Of a stretch of 64,000 nt of DNA, positions 1-9,473 are shown piece after piece. The first letter of the stretch is position 1, and every line of letters starts with the position of its first letter. The notes beneath the pieces are model-generated. The model did not search any database and was not told where the DNA came from. It worked only from the letters and a program-made list of their open reading frames with translations. The stretch is taken from assembly GCA_963737905.1 (NCBI GenBank), contig CAVTUQ010000015.1, positions 34,290 through 98,289 on the forward strand. Direction: 5' to 3'. The DNA is from an uncultured delta proteobacterium. Its GTDB lineage: Bacteria; Desulfobacterota; Binatia; UBA9968. Position numbers and translations under genes: made by a program.

Positions 1-5
1 TATCC

Positions 6-584
6 GTGGTTTGGACGCTTCCAAATCTACTCAGTCTTTTTCGCATCGGTATCATCCCAGTCCTTGTCTATCTACTGACATTTACTGATCGATTATCGGC
101 AATTTTGGCTGCCTCGTTATTTCTTATTGCTTCGATAACAGACTATTTCGACGGCTATTTTGCCCGCCGCAACCGAAGCGTTTCTGATCTCGGCAAAATT
201 CTCGATCCGTTGGCCGACAAGCTGATGGTGATAGCGGTTCTCATCATGTTGGCAGCTCTGGATCGGCCAGGAGAACCAAGTGTGCCGGCATGGCTTGTGG
301 TCGTCATCATTACGCGTGAAAGCGCCGTAACCGTTATACGCGGGATCGCCTTATCTGAAGGCATCGTCATGCACTCGGAGATCCTCGGTAAATATAAGTT
401 TATCCTGCAAGCGTTCGCGGTGGTCGGGCTGCTCATCCACTATACGTATTGGGGCGTGGATTTCTTCGTAGCGGGAATCTATTTCCTGGCTTTGTCGGCC
501 GTCATCGCCGTATGGTCGGGAATAAGTTACCACATTCAGTTTTTCCGATTGCGGCAGGCTAGGGTAACGCAGCGTCAGGTCTGA
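6..584 (+). CDS. pgsA: CDP-diacylglycerol--glycerol-3-phosphate 3-phosphatidyltransferase
   Basis: CDP-alcohol phosphotransferase motif TDYFDGYFAR...GKILDPLADK; PNLLS N-terminus; followed by tRNA-Gly. Confidence 0.95.
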   Translation: MVWTLPNLLSLFRIGIIPVLVYLLTFTDRLSAILAASLFLIASITDYFDGYFARRNRSVSDLGKILDPLADKLMVIAVLIMLAALDRPGEPSVPAWLVVVIITRESAVTVIRGIALSEGIVMHSEILGKYKFILQAFAVVGLLIHYTYWGVDFFVAGIYFLALSAVIAVWSGISYHIQFFRLRQARVTQRQV

Positions 585-625
585 AATTGACAACGCTTGT
601 CGGTTGCTGTAGTTGATATAGGCAT

Positions 626-702
626 GCGGGTGTAGCTCAGTTGGCTAGAGCGTATGCTTGCCAAGCATAAGGTCGGGAGTTCGACCCTCCTCACCCGCTC
701 CA
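626..702 (+). tRNA. tRNA-Gly(GCC)
   Basis: Cloverleaf with GCGGGTG/CACCCGC acceptor stem, TATGC-TTGCCAA-GCATA anticodon arm, TTCGA T-loop and encoded CCA. Confidence 0.96.
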
Positions 703-966
703 TCTTTCTCATCTCTCTCGTCACCAGGGCGCTAACACTCCTCACTAATAGCTCGATCCATCCAGAGGTTACATTTAATGCTGCATCGAACCGTCAATCC
801 TTTTCATTTCATTGATCCGAGTGGCCGCCTCTAGTCAGCGATTCTAAATATTGCACGCTCCGACATCGAGGGCGTTGGCGGTTGTATTCCCATCGGCGTC
901 CCTGTTTCACTTCGCCCGTCGCAAAACGGATGCTTTCCGAGATTCCAAAAAGCCGGCCAAAATTCC

Positions 967-997
967 TTGACATATGAAATATTAGTATATAGATAAT
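967..997 (+). promoter_or_regulatory. Possible sigma70 promoter for the UbiD cluster
   Basis: Perfect TTGACA followed by an AT-rich tract (TAGATA/GATAAT); the -10 assignment is ambiguous. Confidence 0.35.
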
Positions 998-1199
998 CAA
1001 TATCGACAATGTGATCCTCGCTGGCCGATGCTAGGTTTGTCCAATTCAAAAATCATTAGCCTGTTTTGTTGTTTGCGCCTTGGGCATTTGCCGGTCCGAT
1101 AATTCATTTTCGCAAGAAACTTCAAACCACATGACAGTGAAAATATAACTCTAAGCAGAAGCTGTGGCCGTGGGGGACAAGTTAACTCAGGGAGAGAAA

Positions 1200-2783
1200 A
1201 TGAATGTAGGAAGCGATAATTATTTTACCGATTTCAGGGCATTTCTAAATGACCTGGAAAGGCGAGGCAAATTGTATCGATGGCGGCAACGCATAAATAA
1301 AGATACCGAATTGATGCCGTTGATGCGTTTGCAGTATCGCGGTCTGCCTGATGACAAGCGACAGGTCCTGTTATTCGAAAAGATTTGCGACGGTAACGGA
1401 AAAGAATTCGACGTCAAGGTTGCCACCGGAATGTATGGATCGTCCAGGCAGATTCTGGGCCTGGGTATGGGCTGCGAAGATCCTGGTGACATTTATGAAA
1501 AGTGGCACCGAGCGCTTGCCAAACCTCTCCCGCCCCGCCTGGTTGATTTTAGTCCATTGCATGAAGAGGTCTACAGTGGCTCCAGGTTAAGGCAATTCGG
1601 TCTAACGGATTTGCCGGCGCCAGTGGAAGAGCCAGGGTACAGTTGTGGCATTCGCTTTACGGCCCCGTTTATTACCAAAGATCCCGAAACCGGAATGCGA
1701 AATGTCGGGATGTACAGCGGTCATTTCCGAGGTCGGCATAAACTTATTGCCGGCATTGCGCGCACGCATCACGCGATGCTCTATCATCATCCGGCTGCGG
1801 TAAAACGCGGCGAGCCGCTCCCGGTGGCCATTGTGTTGGGAGCGTTGCCCGATATCAATTACGTCGCCGCGGCCAATCTACCCTATGGGCTGGATGAATT
1901 GGAAGTCGCCGGCGCGATCCGGGGACGGCCCGTAGATCTCGTCCCCTGCAAAACGATTCCTCTAGAAGTTCCGGCAGAAGCGGAAATCGTTATAGAAGGA
2001 GAAATTTCTGTTGATGCCATGGAGCGGGGTGAGCCATTCAGCGATTATCCCGGCTATCTCATGGCGGAACGTGGATTGCGGCCCGTGATCGATGTGAAAG
2101 CTATCACCCACCGGCGCGACCCGATTTTTACTGCCATCCTTGTCGGGCTTCCGCCGAGTGAGTCCAATGGCATCTCGCGCACCTGCCGGGAGATGATGCT
2201 CTATAACTTTCTCAAATACAGCTGCAATTTGCCGGAAGTTCTGGAGGTCTGCTGCCCGGAAATGGGTGGAGGATGGAACTGGTGGGTGATCCGTATGGCG
2301 AAAAGTCATCCGAGCAAGCCCAAGCAGGCCCTCCAGGCGTCTTCCGGCATGGACACGACAAACAAAGTCATCATCGTGGTGGACGAAGATATAGATCCCA
2401 AGGACCCCGATATGGTGATGTGGGCGATCAGCTTTGCGATGCAACCTCACCGCGACGTGCAGGTGATTACCGGCCGTTCTCCTTTGTTGGACCCTTCCGC
2501 CTATGCGCTGATGAACCATCCGGAAGAGCGCTTTTATCCACCCCCCGTGGGATGCGGCGGGTTGTTGATCGACGCCACGCGCAAAGGCAAATACCCACCC
2601 GTAGGCTTGCCTAAGAAGAAGTATATGGAGCGGGCTTTGGAAATCTGGCGCGAGGCAAAGATGCCAGACCTTCAGCTCAAAACGCCATGGTATGGGTACT
2701 CGCTCGATCTCTGGACAGCTCAAGATGATCTGCTCGCGGAGGCTGTGGCCAACGGCGATTACTTTGCATCGGTAAAAAAATAG
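1200..2783 (+). CDS. UbiD-family (de)carboxylase, atypical active site
   Basis: DFRAFL start, VPAEAEIVIEG, IIVVDEDID and LIDATRK motifs; NVGMYS in place of canonical NxGxYR; GEPFSD; ATG 1200 follows GGAG. Confidence 0.9.
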   Translation: MNVGSDNYFTDFRAFLNDLERRGKLYRWRQRINKDTELMPLMRLQYRGLPDDKRQVLLFEKICDGNGKEFDVKVATGMYGSSRQILGLGMGCEDPGDIYEKWHRALAKPLPPRLVDFSPLHEEVYSGSRLRQFGLTDLPAPVEEPGYSCGIRFTAPFITKDPETGMRNVGMYSGHFRGRHKLIAGIARTHHAMLYHHPAAVKRGEPLPVAIVLGALPDINYVAAANLPYGLDELEVAGAIRGRPVDLVPCKTIPLEVPAEAEIVIEGEISVDAMERGEPFSDYPGYLMAERGLRPVIDVKAITHRRDPIFTAILVGLPPSESNGISRTCREMMLYNFLKYSCNLPEVLEVCCPEMGGGWNWWVIRMAKSHPSKPKQALQASSGMDTTNKVIIVVDEDIDPKDPDMVMWAISFAMQPHRDVQVITGRSPLLDPSAYALMNHPEERFYPPPVGCGGLLIDATRKGKYPPVGLPKKKYMERALEIWREAKMPDLQLKTPWYGYSLDLWTAQDDLLAEAVANGDYFASVKK

Positions 2784-2798
2784 GGAGACAAAACGAGT

Positions 2799-3914
2799 AT
2801 GGTAAAGCGAGATACCAGTTACGAAGCCTGGCTCCGCGAAGAGGGCATTCCAGTCATTGAGGGATACGGGGTGGAAGACGTTACTGAATTGCCACGAAAG
2901 CCATGGGCGCGAACCGGCGGGCAAGGCGCTTATATTCAGCTCAAAGGCATGGAAGGCTTCACGGGTATGTACGTTGGGGAAATCCCCGCCGGCGGGGCCC
3001 TGAATATCGAACGGCATCTCTACGAAAAAATCATTTACATTCTTCATGGCTTTGGGGCAACCGAAGTCTGGTCCGGCAACCATGAAAAAAAGAAGGTCCA
3101 ATTCGAGTGGCAGCAAGGGAGCTTGTTTGCGGTTCCTCTCAACTGTTCGCACCGTTTAATCAATGGCAGCCGCGAGCCGGCTATTTTTTTGGCGGTGACC
3201 AGCGCGCCTTTGATGATCGACCTGCTCCATGACATCCCATTTGTGTTTGGCTGCGATTATGCCTTCGGCGAGCGCTTTGACGGGCGGGCTGATTACTTCG
3301 TGCCGACATCGAATCGGCAATTCCAAGGGGGTTTTTTTAACTGGGAGTCGAACTTTATCGCCGATGCCCGCGGGGCGCTCGTGGATCCCTCCGAGGCGAA
3401 GGGATACGGCGTACGCATAACCTCTTTCGATATGGGCGGCAGTACCTTGGTGGGTCACCTCGCGGAGTGGCCGGTGGGGCGTTATCACAAAGCCCACTTC
3501 CATACGGGGGGCGCGATTCTTTTAATACTTCGCTCCGAAGGGTACACCCTCATGTGGCCGCAGGAAGCAGGGATACGTCCATACAAATCGGGCAACGGCG
3601 ATCAGGTTGTCAAAGTGAATTGGCGCGAAGCCAGCGTTTTCAGTCCACCCACGGGTTGGTTTCATCAACACTTCAACACGGGGAAAGAAAAGGCACGCCA
3701 GCTAGCGTTCCGCTACAGCAGCCAGTCCGGTAAGTATCTTTTCGGAGTCTGGAAAGCGATCAACAAAGAAGGCGTGCGCACGAGCATTCGCGAAGGCGGA
3801 ACTCTCATCGAATATGAGGACGAGGATCCGCAGATTCGGCAAGACTTCGAAGCCGCCATCGACAAAGTTGCCGTTCCAATGGAAATGCCGGTTTTTCAGT
3901 ACGCCGAGCTGTGA
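2799..3914 (+). CDS. Bicupin (gentisate-dioxygenase-like fold), function unknown
   Basis: Two cupin motif sets: RHLYEKIIYILHGFG..GSLFAVPLNCSH and HKAHFHTGGA..WFHQHFN. Confidence 0.8.
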   Translation: MVKRDTSYEAWLREEGIPVIEGYGVEDVTELPRKPWARTGGQGAYIQLKGMEGFTGMYVGEIPAGGALNIERHLYEKIIYILHGFGATEVWSGNHEKKKVQFEWQQGSLFAVPLNCSHRLINGSREPAIFLAVTSAPLMIDLLHDIPFVFGCDYAFGERFDGRADYFVPTSNRQFQGGFFNWESNFIADARGALVDPSEAKGYGVRITSFDMGGSTLVGHLAEWPVGRYHKAHFHTGGAILLILRSEGYTLMWPQEAGIRPYKSGNGDQVVKVNWREASVFSPPTGWFHQHFNTGKEKARQLAFRYSSQSGKYLFGVWKAINKEGVRTSIREGGTLIEYEDEDPQIRQDFEAAIDKVAVPMEMPVFQYAEL

Positions 3915-3930
3915 GAAACAGACACTTTTG

Positions 3931-5055
3931 ATGAATAGAATCGGCAAGAGATTGGTTCTCTGGTTGGGTTTCGGCTCCATTGTATGGTCGTTGAGCTCAA
4001 TGGCCGAGAGTTCACAGCTTTACGGGCAAGGGGAGTGGGACAGGACAATCGATCTCGCGAAGAAGGAAGGCAGGGTCGTGGTTTCCGTTCCGACCAGCGC
4101 AGAGTTGCGGAAGGAATTCGAGGCCGGCTTTCAGAAAAAATTTTCCGGTATCGAGCTTGAGTTGAGCGTGGCGCGAGGCGCCAGTAACATCAACAAGATC
4201 GCCGAGGAACAGAACGCCGGCGTGCGCAACGTCGATCTCCATATCGGCGGGACGACGTCGATTGTAACCGGGCTCCTCGCGCCGAATTTACTGGCACCGA
4301 TTCTGCCGTCGATGTTGCTCCCCGAAGTCAGTGATCCAAAGAATTGGTGGGGCGGCCATATCTGGATCGACAACTCAAAGAAATACATCTACAGCTTCAC
4401 GGCCTACATGACAGAAACCGTTTGGTACAACTCAACGTTGGTCAAGCCTGAAGAGATCGTTTCTTGGGATAGCCTTTTGGATCCGAAGTGGAAAGGGAAG
4501 ATTGCTATCTTGGATCCCCGCTCTCCCGGCTCGGGCGAATCCACGTGGGCCTTCTTGTTAAAGATCAAAGGAGAACAATTCCTTACCAAGCTCGCGGCTC
4601 AGGAGATGATGGTGGGCCGCAATCTTCGTCAATTGGGGGAGGCGGTGGCGCGGGGTAAGTCGGTGATTTCCATCGGGCTCTCCTATTACACGTATGTGCC
4701 TTTCATCAAGGCTGGACTGCCAGTCAGGCCGCTATCGGTCATTAGAGAAGGCTATTACGCGGCCAGCGGCAGCGGCAATCTCGCGATCCTCAAGAACGTC
4801 CCGCATCCCAACGCTTCGAAGGTGTTCGTCAACTGGTTGCTGTCGAGGGAAGGACAGAGTGCTTTTACGAAAGCGATGGGGCAACCTACACGACGCTTCG
4901 ACGTGGACACCCACTGGACGAGGGAGTTTGGCCACGTCGCAGCCAAGGAGGCCTTGACTCCTGAAAAATTCGATGAACTGGAGAACGGTTCCGAAGAGGT
5001 TGTGAACAAGTTCCGTAGGCCCGCAATGGCGTTGGCGGAAAAGCTTTTCCAATGA
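3931..5055 (+). CDS. ABC substrate-binding protein (Fe3+/thiamine-type)
   Basis: Signal peptide; AKKEGRVVV, LLDPKWKGKI and PHPNASKVFVNWLLSREGQ; start moved from 3814 to ATG 3931. Confidence 0.85.
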   Translation: MNRIGKRLVLWLGFGSIVWSLSSMAESSQLYGQGEWDRTIDLAKKEGRVVVSVPTSAELRKEFEAGFQKKFSGIELELSVARGASNINKIAEEQNAGVRNVDLHIGGTTSIVTGLLAPNLLAPILPSMLLPEVSDPKNWWGGHIWIDNSKKYIYSFTAYMTETVWYNSTLVKPEEIVSWDSLLDPKWKGKIAILDPRSPGSGESTWAFLLKIKGEQFLTKLAAQEMMVGRNLRQLGEAVARGKSVISIGLSYYTYVPFIKAGLPVRPLSVIREGYYAASGSGNLAILKNVPHPNASKVFVNWLLSREGQSAFTKAMGQPTRRFDVDTHWTREFGHVAAKEALTPEKFDELENGSEEVVNKFRRPAMALAEKLFQ

Positions 5056-5074
5056 ATATCGCTAAAGGTGCAAG

Positions 5075-6193
5075 ATGAAAGTTACGAGTTTGTTCTCACT
5101 TATGGTGGCCCTCTTACTGCAAGGTGCCATCGCTTCTGGGCAGTCATCCCAATCGCCACGGCCCGCTGACTGGGACAAGATTGTCGAAGCGGGTCGGAAA
5201 GAAGGGAAGGTGGTGGCGTCCATTCCTCCAAGCGCCGAATTGCGCAAGCTGATGGAGCTGACTTTCCCCAAACGCTACGGCATCCGGGTGGAGTTCGTGC
5301 CGGCCCGCGGTGGTAATATTATCCGTCGAATGGTGGATGAGGCCAAAGCGGGGGTTCAGTATTTCGATATTCACATCGGCGGCACGGAGTCCGCCATCAC
5401 CGGGCTTTTGCCGGAGAACGTGCTCGAGCCGGTGGAACCTTTCTTTGTTCTTCCGGAAGTCAGAGATCCCAAACAGTGGTGGGGTGGGCATATCTGGGTC
5501 GACAACGCCAAGCGATTTATCTATGCGTTCGTTGCTTATCAAACGGTGAGTCTGTGGAGCAATGCCGATGTGTATAAGCCCACGGAGTTCAAATCGTTCG
5601 ATGATCTTCTGAATCCCAAGCTACTGGGCAAGATCGGCATCAGCGATCCGCGCACGCCGGGCTCCGGTTCTTCCATGTGGTCTTACATGAATTACATCAA
5701 AGGCGAAGAATTCCTGAAGCGTTTTGCGGCCCAGGACCTATTCGTTACCCGCGATCTTCGCCTCCTCGCCGAGAGTCTGGCCCGGGGTAAGATCGCGGTC
5801 ACTTCGGGTATCGGCTATTCCGAGTTCTTGCCTTTTATCAAAGCGAATCTCCCGGTGACACCGCTTCCCGTTCCGAAGGAAGGGCTCTACGTCAGCGGCG
5901 GTTATGGCCATCTCATGGTGTTCAAAAATCAGCCCCATCCCAACGCGACCAAGGTTTTCGTGAACTGGTTACTAGGCCGGGACGGGCAGGAGATTTTCTC
6001 TCGTGGCATGGGTGTCGGTTCGCGGCGTTTCGATGTCAATACCAAGTGGCTGAAAGAGTTTGGAGTCATCGCGGCGAAGGATGTTCCTTTGACCCTGGAA
6101 CAGTTTCACAAATTAGAAAACCAATCGGAAGAAAAGATTTATAAGGTCAGAGAGCCGGGAGCCGCGGTGGCACGGAAGCTTTTGGGCGAATAA
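5075..6193 (+). CDS. ABC substrate-binding protein (Fe3+/thiamine-type)
   Basis: Signal peptide; paralog of neighbours (WWGGHIWVDN, PHPNATKVFVNWLL). Confidence 0.87.
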   Translation: MKVTSLFSLMVALLLQGAIASGQSSQSPRPADWDKIVEAGRKEGKVVASIPPSAELRKLMELTFPKRYGIRVEFVPARGGNIIRRMVDEAKAGVQYFDIHIGGTESAITGLLPENVLEPVEPFFVLPEVRDPKQWWGGHIWVDNAKRFIYAFVAYQTVSLWSNADVYKPTEFKSFDDLLNPKLLGKIGISDPRTPGSGSSMWSYMNYIKGEEFLKRFAAQDLFVTRDLRLLAESLARGKIAVTSGIGYSEFLPFIKANLPVTPLPVPKEGLYVSGGYGHLMVFKNQPHPNATKVFVNWLLGRDGQEIFSRGMGVGSRRFDVNTKWLKEFGVIAAKDVPLTLEQFHKLENQSEEKIYKVREPGAAVARKLLGE

Positions 6194-6212
6194 AATATTT
6201 TTTGCGCGACAC

Positions 6213-7322
6213 ATGAAATTGCTATTTCTTCTCGTTTTCATCGGGGGATGGATTTTGGAAACCAACGTTGCACGCGGGCAAACGGCGCAGCCTCCGCAGA
6301 ACGAATGGACCAAAACCCTTGAAGCCGCCAAGAAGGAAGGAAAGGTCGTTGTTTCCGTTCCCGCCAGCGCCGAGCTGAGAAAGGACGTCGAGAGACGTGT
6401 CAAACAGCGCTTCGGGATCGAGGCCGAGTTGATCGCCGGCAGAGCCGCCTCCATCGTGGGAAAAATCCAGCAGGAGGTCAAGGCCGGCGTTAATAATTTC
6501 GATGTCCACATGGGAGGTAGCGAATCGATGGTCACGGGACTCCTCTTTGAAAGTCTCCTGGAGTCCTTCGAGCCGGCGATGGTCCTGCCCGAGGTCAAAG
6601 ACCCCAAAAACTGGTGGGGCGGTCACATCTGGGTAGACAACGCAAAGCGCTACATCTATTCATCGCAAGCCTATCAAACCGAGAACGTGTGGTACAACGC
6701 AGATCAGGTAAAGCCGGAGGAGATCCGCTCCTTTAATGATCTGCTGAATCCCAAATGGTCCGGCAAGATCGGCTACCTCGATCCGCGTACCGCTGGCTCG
6801 GGCACGTCGATCTGGTCTTTTCTTTGGCAACTCAAAGGTGAAGCCTATCTAAAAAAGTTGGCGGAGCAAAAAATGTTCTTGAGCCGCGATCAGCGGGTAT
6901 TGGCGGAAAGTCTCGCCAAGGGCAAGATCGCGCTCGTAGTTGGCCTTACCTATTATTCATTTGTTCCTTATCTCAAGGCCGGGCTTCCCGTGAAGCCACT
7001 TCCCAATCCGCGCGACGAGGTCTATGTCAGCGGCGGCAGCGGCCATTTGACTATTATCAAAGGCGCGCCCCATCCGAATGCGACTAAAGTGTTCATTAAC
7101 TGGTTCCTCGGCAAAGAAGGACAGGAGATATTCGGGAAGGCCATGGGGCAGGGTACCCGCCGCCTCGATGTCGATACTCAATGGCTGAAAGAGTTCGGCG
7201 TCGTCGCGGCCAAAGATAGTCTGACACCGGATCAATATCCGAAGCTTGAGAATCAATCCGAGGAAAAGGTTGTCAAGGTGCGGGAACCGGCGGCAGAGTT
7301 CGCGCGCAAGCTGCTCCACTGA
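6213..7322 (+). CDS. ABC substrate-binding protein (Fe3+/thiamine-type)
   Basis: Signal peptide; same motifs as the two preceding genes. Confidence 0.87.
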   Translation: MKLLFLLVFIGGWILETNVARGQTAQPPQNEWTKTLEAAKKEGKVVVSVPASAELRKDVERRVKQRFGIEAELIAGRAASIVGKIQQEVKAGVNNFDVHMGGSESMVTGLLFESLLESFEPAMVLPEVKDPKNWWGGHIWVDNAKRYIYSSQAYQTENVWYNADQVKPEEIRSFNDLLNPKWSGKIGYLDPRTAGSGTSIWSFLWQLKGEAYLKKLAEQKMFLSRDQRVLAESLAKGKIALVVGLTYYSFVPYLKAGLPVKPLPNPRDEVYVSGGSGHLTIIKGAPHPNATKVFINWFLGKEGQEIFGKAMGQGTRRLDVDTQWLKEFGVVAAKDSLTPDQYPKLENQSEEKVVKVREPAAEFARKLLH

Positions 7323-7335
7323 AAGGAAAACATCG

Positions 7336-8919
7336 ATGGCCGAAAAGTATTACAACGATCTGCGCGAGTTTATCGAGGTCCTGGATCATCAAGGACTACT
7401 CTACCGCTGGCAGCGTTCGGTCAATAAAGACAGCGAGCTGATGCCGCTCATGCGGCTGCAGTATCGTGGTCGTCCGGACGCAGAGCGCCAAGCCTTTCTG
7501 TATGAAAACGTCACCGACGGGCGGGGGCGCCGTTACGGAATCAGAGTGTTGACCGGGGTCTATGCCGCGTCACGAAGGATCGTGGGGTTAGGCATGGGCT
7601 GTAAAGATCCGGGAGAAATCTACGAGCGCTGGCGCCATGCGGTAGATAAACCCATCGACCCGGTGGTCGTCGAAAACGGTCCCGTGCACGAAGAAGTGCA
7701 CGCCGGTGCGGAACTTGAAAAGATCGGCTTGTCGATGCTGCCTGCTCCGGTGGAAGAGCCGGGATTCAGTGGTGATACCCGCGTGACCGGTCCCTTCATC
7801 ACTGAGGACTCCGAGAATGGCGTGCGCAATGTTGGAATGTATAGCGGCCACTTCCGGCCGCCCAATCGTTTGCTTGCCGGCATAGGCCCCTCGCATCACG
7901 CCATGCTCTATCACTATCCGGGCGCGAAGCGCCGGCGCGAGACTCTTCCGGTGGCGATTGTTTTGGGAGCGCTTCCCGACATCAACTACGTGGCGGCGGC
8001 CAATCTTCCTTATGGGCTGGACGAGCTTTCGGTGGCGGGGGGAATAAGGCAGAGACCGGTGGAGCTGGTTCGTTGCAAAACCGTGCCGCTCGAAGTCCCG
8101 GCGGAAGCGGAAATCGTAATTGAAGGAGAAATTTCCACCGAGGAACTGGAGGCAGAACAGCCGTTCAGCGACTTTCCCGGTTACCTGATGGTGGAGCGCC
8201 ATCGCCGGCCGGTAGTGAAGCTCACGGCGATCACGCACCGGCGCAGTGCGATGTTGACGTCGATCCTGGTCGGTTTGCCGCCCAGCGAATCCAACGGCAT
8301 CTCACGCAGCTGCCGGGAAATGATTCTCTACAGCTTTCTCAGATACAGCTGCAATTTGCCTGAGGTATTGGAAGTGTGTTGCCCTGAGATGGGCGGGGGC
8401 TGGAATTGGTGGGTCATCCGCATGCGTAAAAGCCACCCGAGCAAGCCTTGGCAGGCACTCCAGGCCGCCTCGGGCCGAGATCCGGCCAACAAAGTGATCA
8501 TCGTCGTCGATGAGGATATCGATCCCAAAGATCCCGACATGGTGATTTGGGCCATGAGCTTCGCCATGCAGCCTCATCGCGACACGCGCGTCATTACCGG
8601 GCGAGTGCCACTGCTTGACCCGTCGGCCTATTCTCTGATCAGCAAGCCGGAAGAGCGAAGTTATCCGCCGCCTCACGGCTGCTCCGGTATTCTTATCGAT
8701 GCGACGCGCAAGGGACCTTACCCACCGGTGGGATTGCCAAAGCAAGAATACATGGAACGGGCGCTAGAGATTTGGAAGCAAGAGGAGCTACCGCCCTTAA
8801 CGCTCAAAAATCCCTGGTACGGCTACGCATTGGGCTTGTGGAATGCGGAAGACGACGCGATGGCGGAGGCGATTGCCAGAGGGGAGCCGGTCAATGGCGA
8901 GCGGCCAACAAAGGGATGA
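7336..8919 (+). CDS. UbiD-family (de)carboxylase, atypical active site
   Basis: Close paralog of 1200..2783; NVGMYS and EQPFSD; AAGGA RBS before ATG 7336. Confidence 0.9.
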   Translation: MAEKYYNDLREFIEVLDHQGLLYRWQRSVNKDSELMPLMRLQYRGRPDAERQAFLYENVTDGRGRRYGIRVLTGVYAASRRIVGLGMGCKDPGEIYERWRHAVDKPIDPVVVENGPVHEEVHAGAELEKIGLSMLPAPVEEPGFSGDTRVTGPFITEDSENGVRNVGMYSGHFRPPNRLLAGIGPSHHAMLYHYPGAKRRRETLPVAIVLGALPDINYVAAANLPYGLDELSVAGGIRQRPVELVRCKTVPLEVPAEAEIVIEGEISTEELEAEQPFSDFPGYLMVERHRRPVVKLTAITHRRSAMLTSILVGLPPSESNGISRSCREMILYSFLRYSCNLPEVLEVCCPEMGGGWNWWVIRMRKSHPSKPWQALQAASGRDPANKVIIVVDEDIDPKDPDMVIWAMSFAMQPHRDTRVITGRVPLLDPSAYSLISKPEERSYPPPHGCSGILIDATRKGPYPPVGLPKQEYMERALEIWKQEELPPLTLKNPWYGYALGLWNAEDDAMAEAIARGEPVNGERPTKG

Positions 8920-8984
8920 AGCCTCAAGTCAGAAACCCAAGGGAAGCCGGCACGCAACTTTTGGATTAGAAACACGAGCACAAG

Positions 8985-9473
8985 ATGGAGCCCCAGGAGT
9001 CTCACAAGATCGCGCTGAAGATCAATGGCGACGTTCACAACGTCGAAATTGATTCGAACTGGACGCTCAACGACGTTCTCAGAAATCGTCTCGATCTTAC
9101 CGGCACGAAGAGAGCCTGCGATTACGGTGGTTGCGGCTCTTGCACAGTGCTGATGGACGGAGTGGACGTTTACTCCTGCTCCATCTTGGCCGTCGAGGCT
9201 CAGGAAAAAGAGATCATGACCATCGAAGGACTAGGAAGCAGCGAGAGCCTTCACCCTTTGCAGAAAACCTTCGCACTCTCCTATGCCGCCCAGTGCGGTT
9301 GGTGCACGCCGGGAATGATCCTGTCGGCGAAGGCTCTGCTCGATCGCAATCTCAATCCCACGGAAGCAGAAGTGCGGATGGCTCTATCCGGCGTGTTGTG
9401 CCGCTGCACCGGCTATACCTCTATTATCCAGGCGGTGCTCGACGCGGGACGCGTGATGCGAGGAGAACGATGA
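8985..9473 (+). CDS. Xanthine dehydrogenase-family [2Fe-2S] subunit
   Basis: GTKRACDYGGCGSCTV and QCGWCTPG..LCRCTGY. Confidence 0.93.
   Translation: MEPQESHKIALKINGDVHNVEIDSNWTLNDVLRNRLDLTGTKRACDYGGCGSCTVLMDGVDVYSCSILAVEAQEKEIMTIEGLGSSESLHPLQKTFALSYAAQCGWCTPGMILSAKALLDRNLNPTEAEVRMALSGVLCRCTGYTSIIQAVLDAGRVMRGER

Noticed and set aside
703-1160. Island integrated at tRNA-Gly
   Set aside because: There is no integrase and no duplicated tRNA-Gly end in the window.
1962-3152. 396-aa minus-strand ORF and similar long antisense ORFs
   Set aside because: They overlap well-supported plus-strand genes and carry no recognisable motifs.
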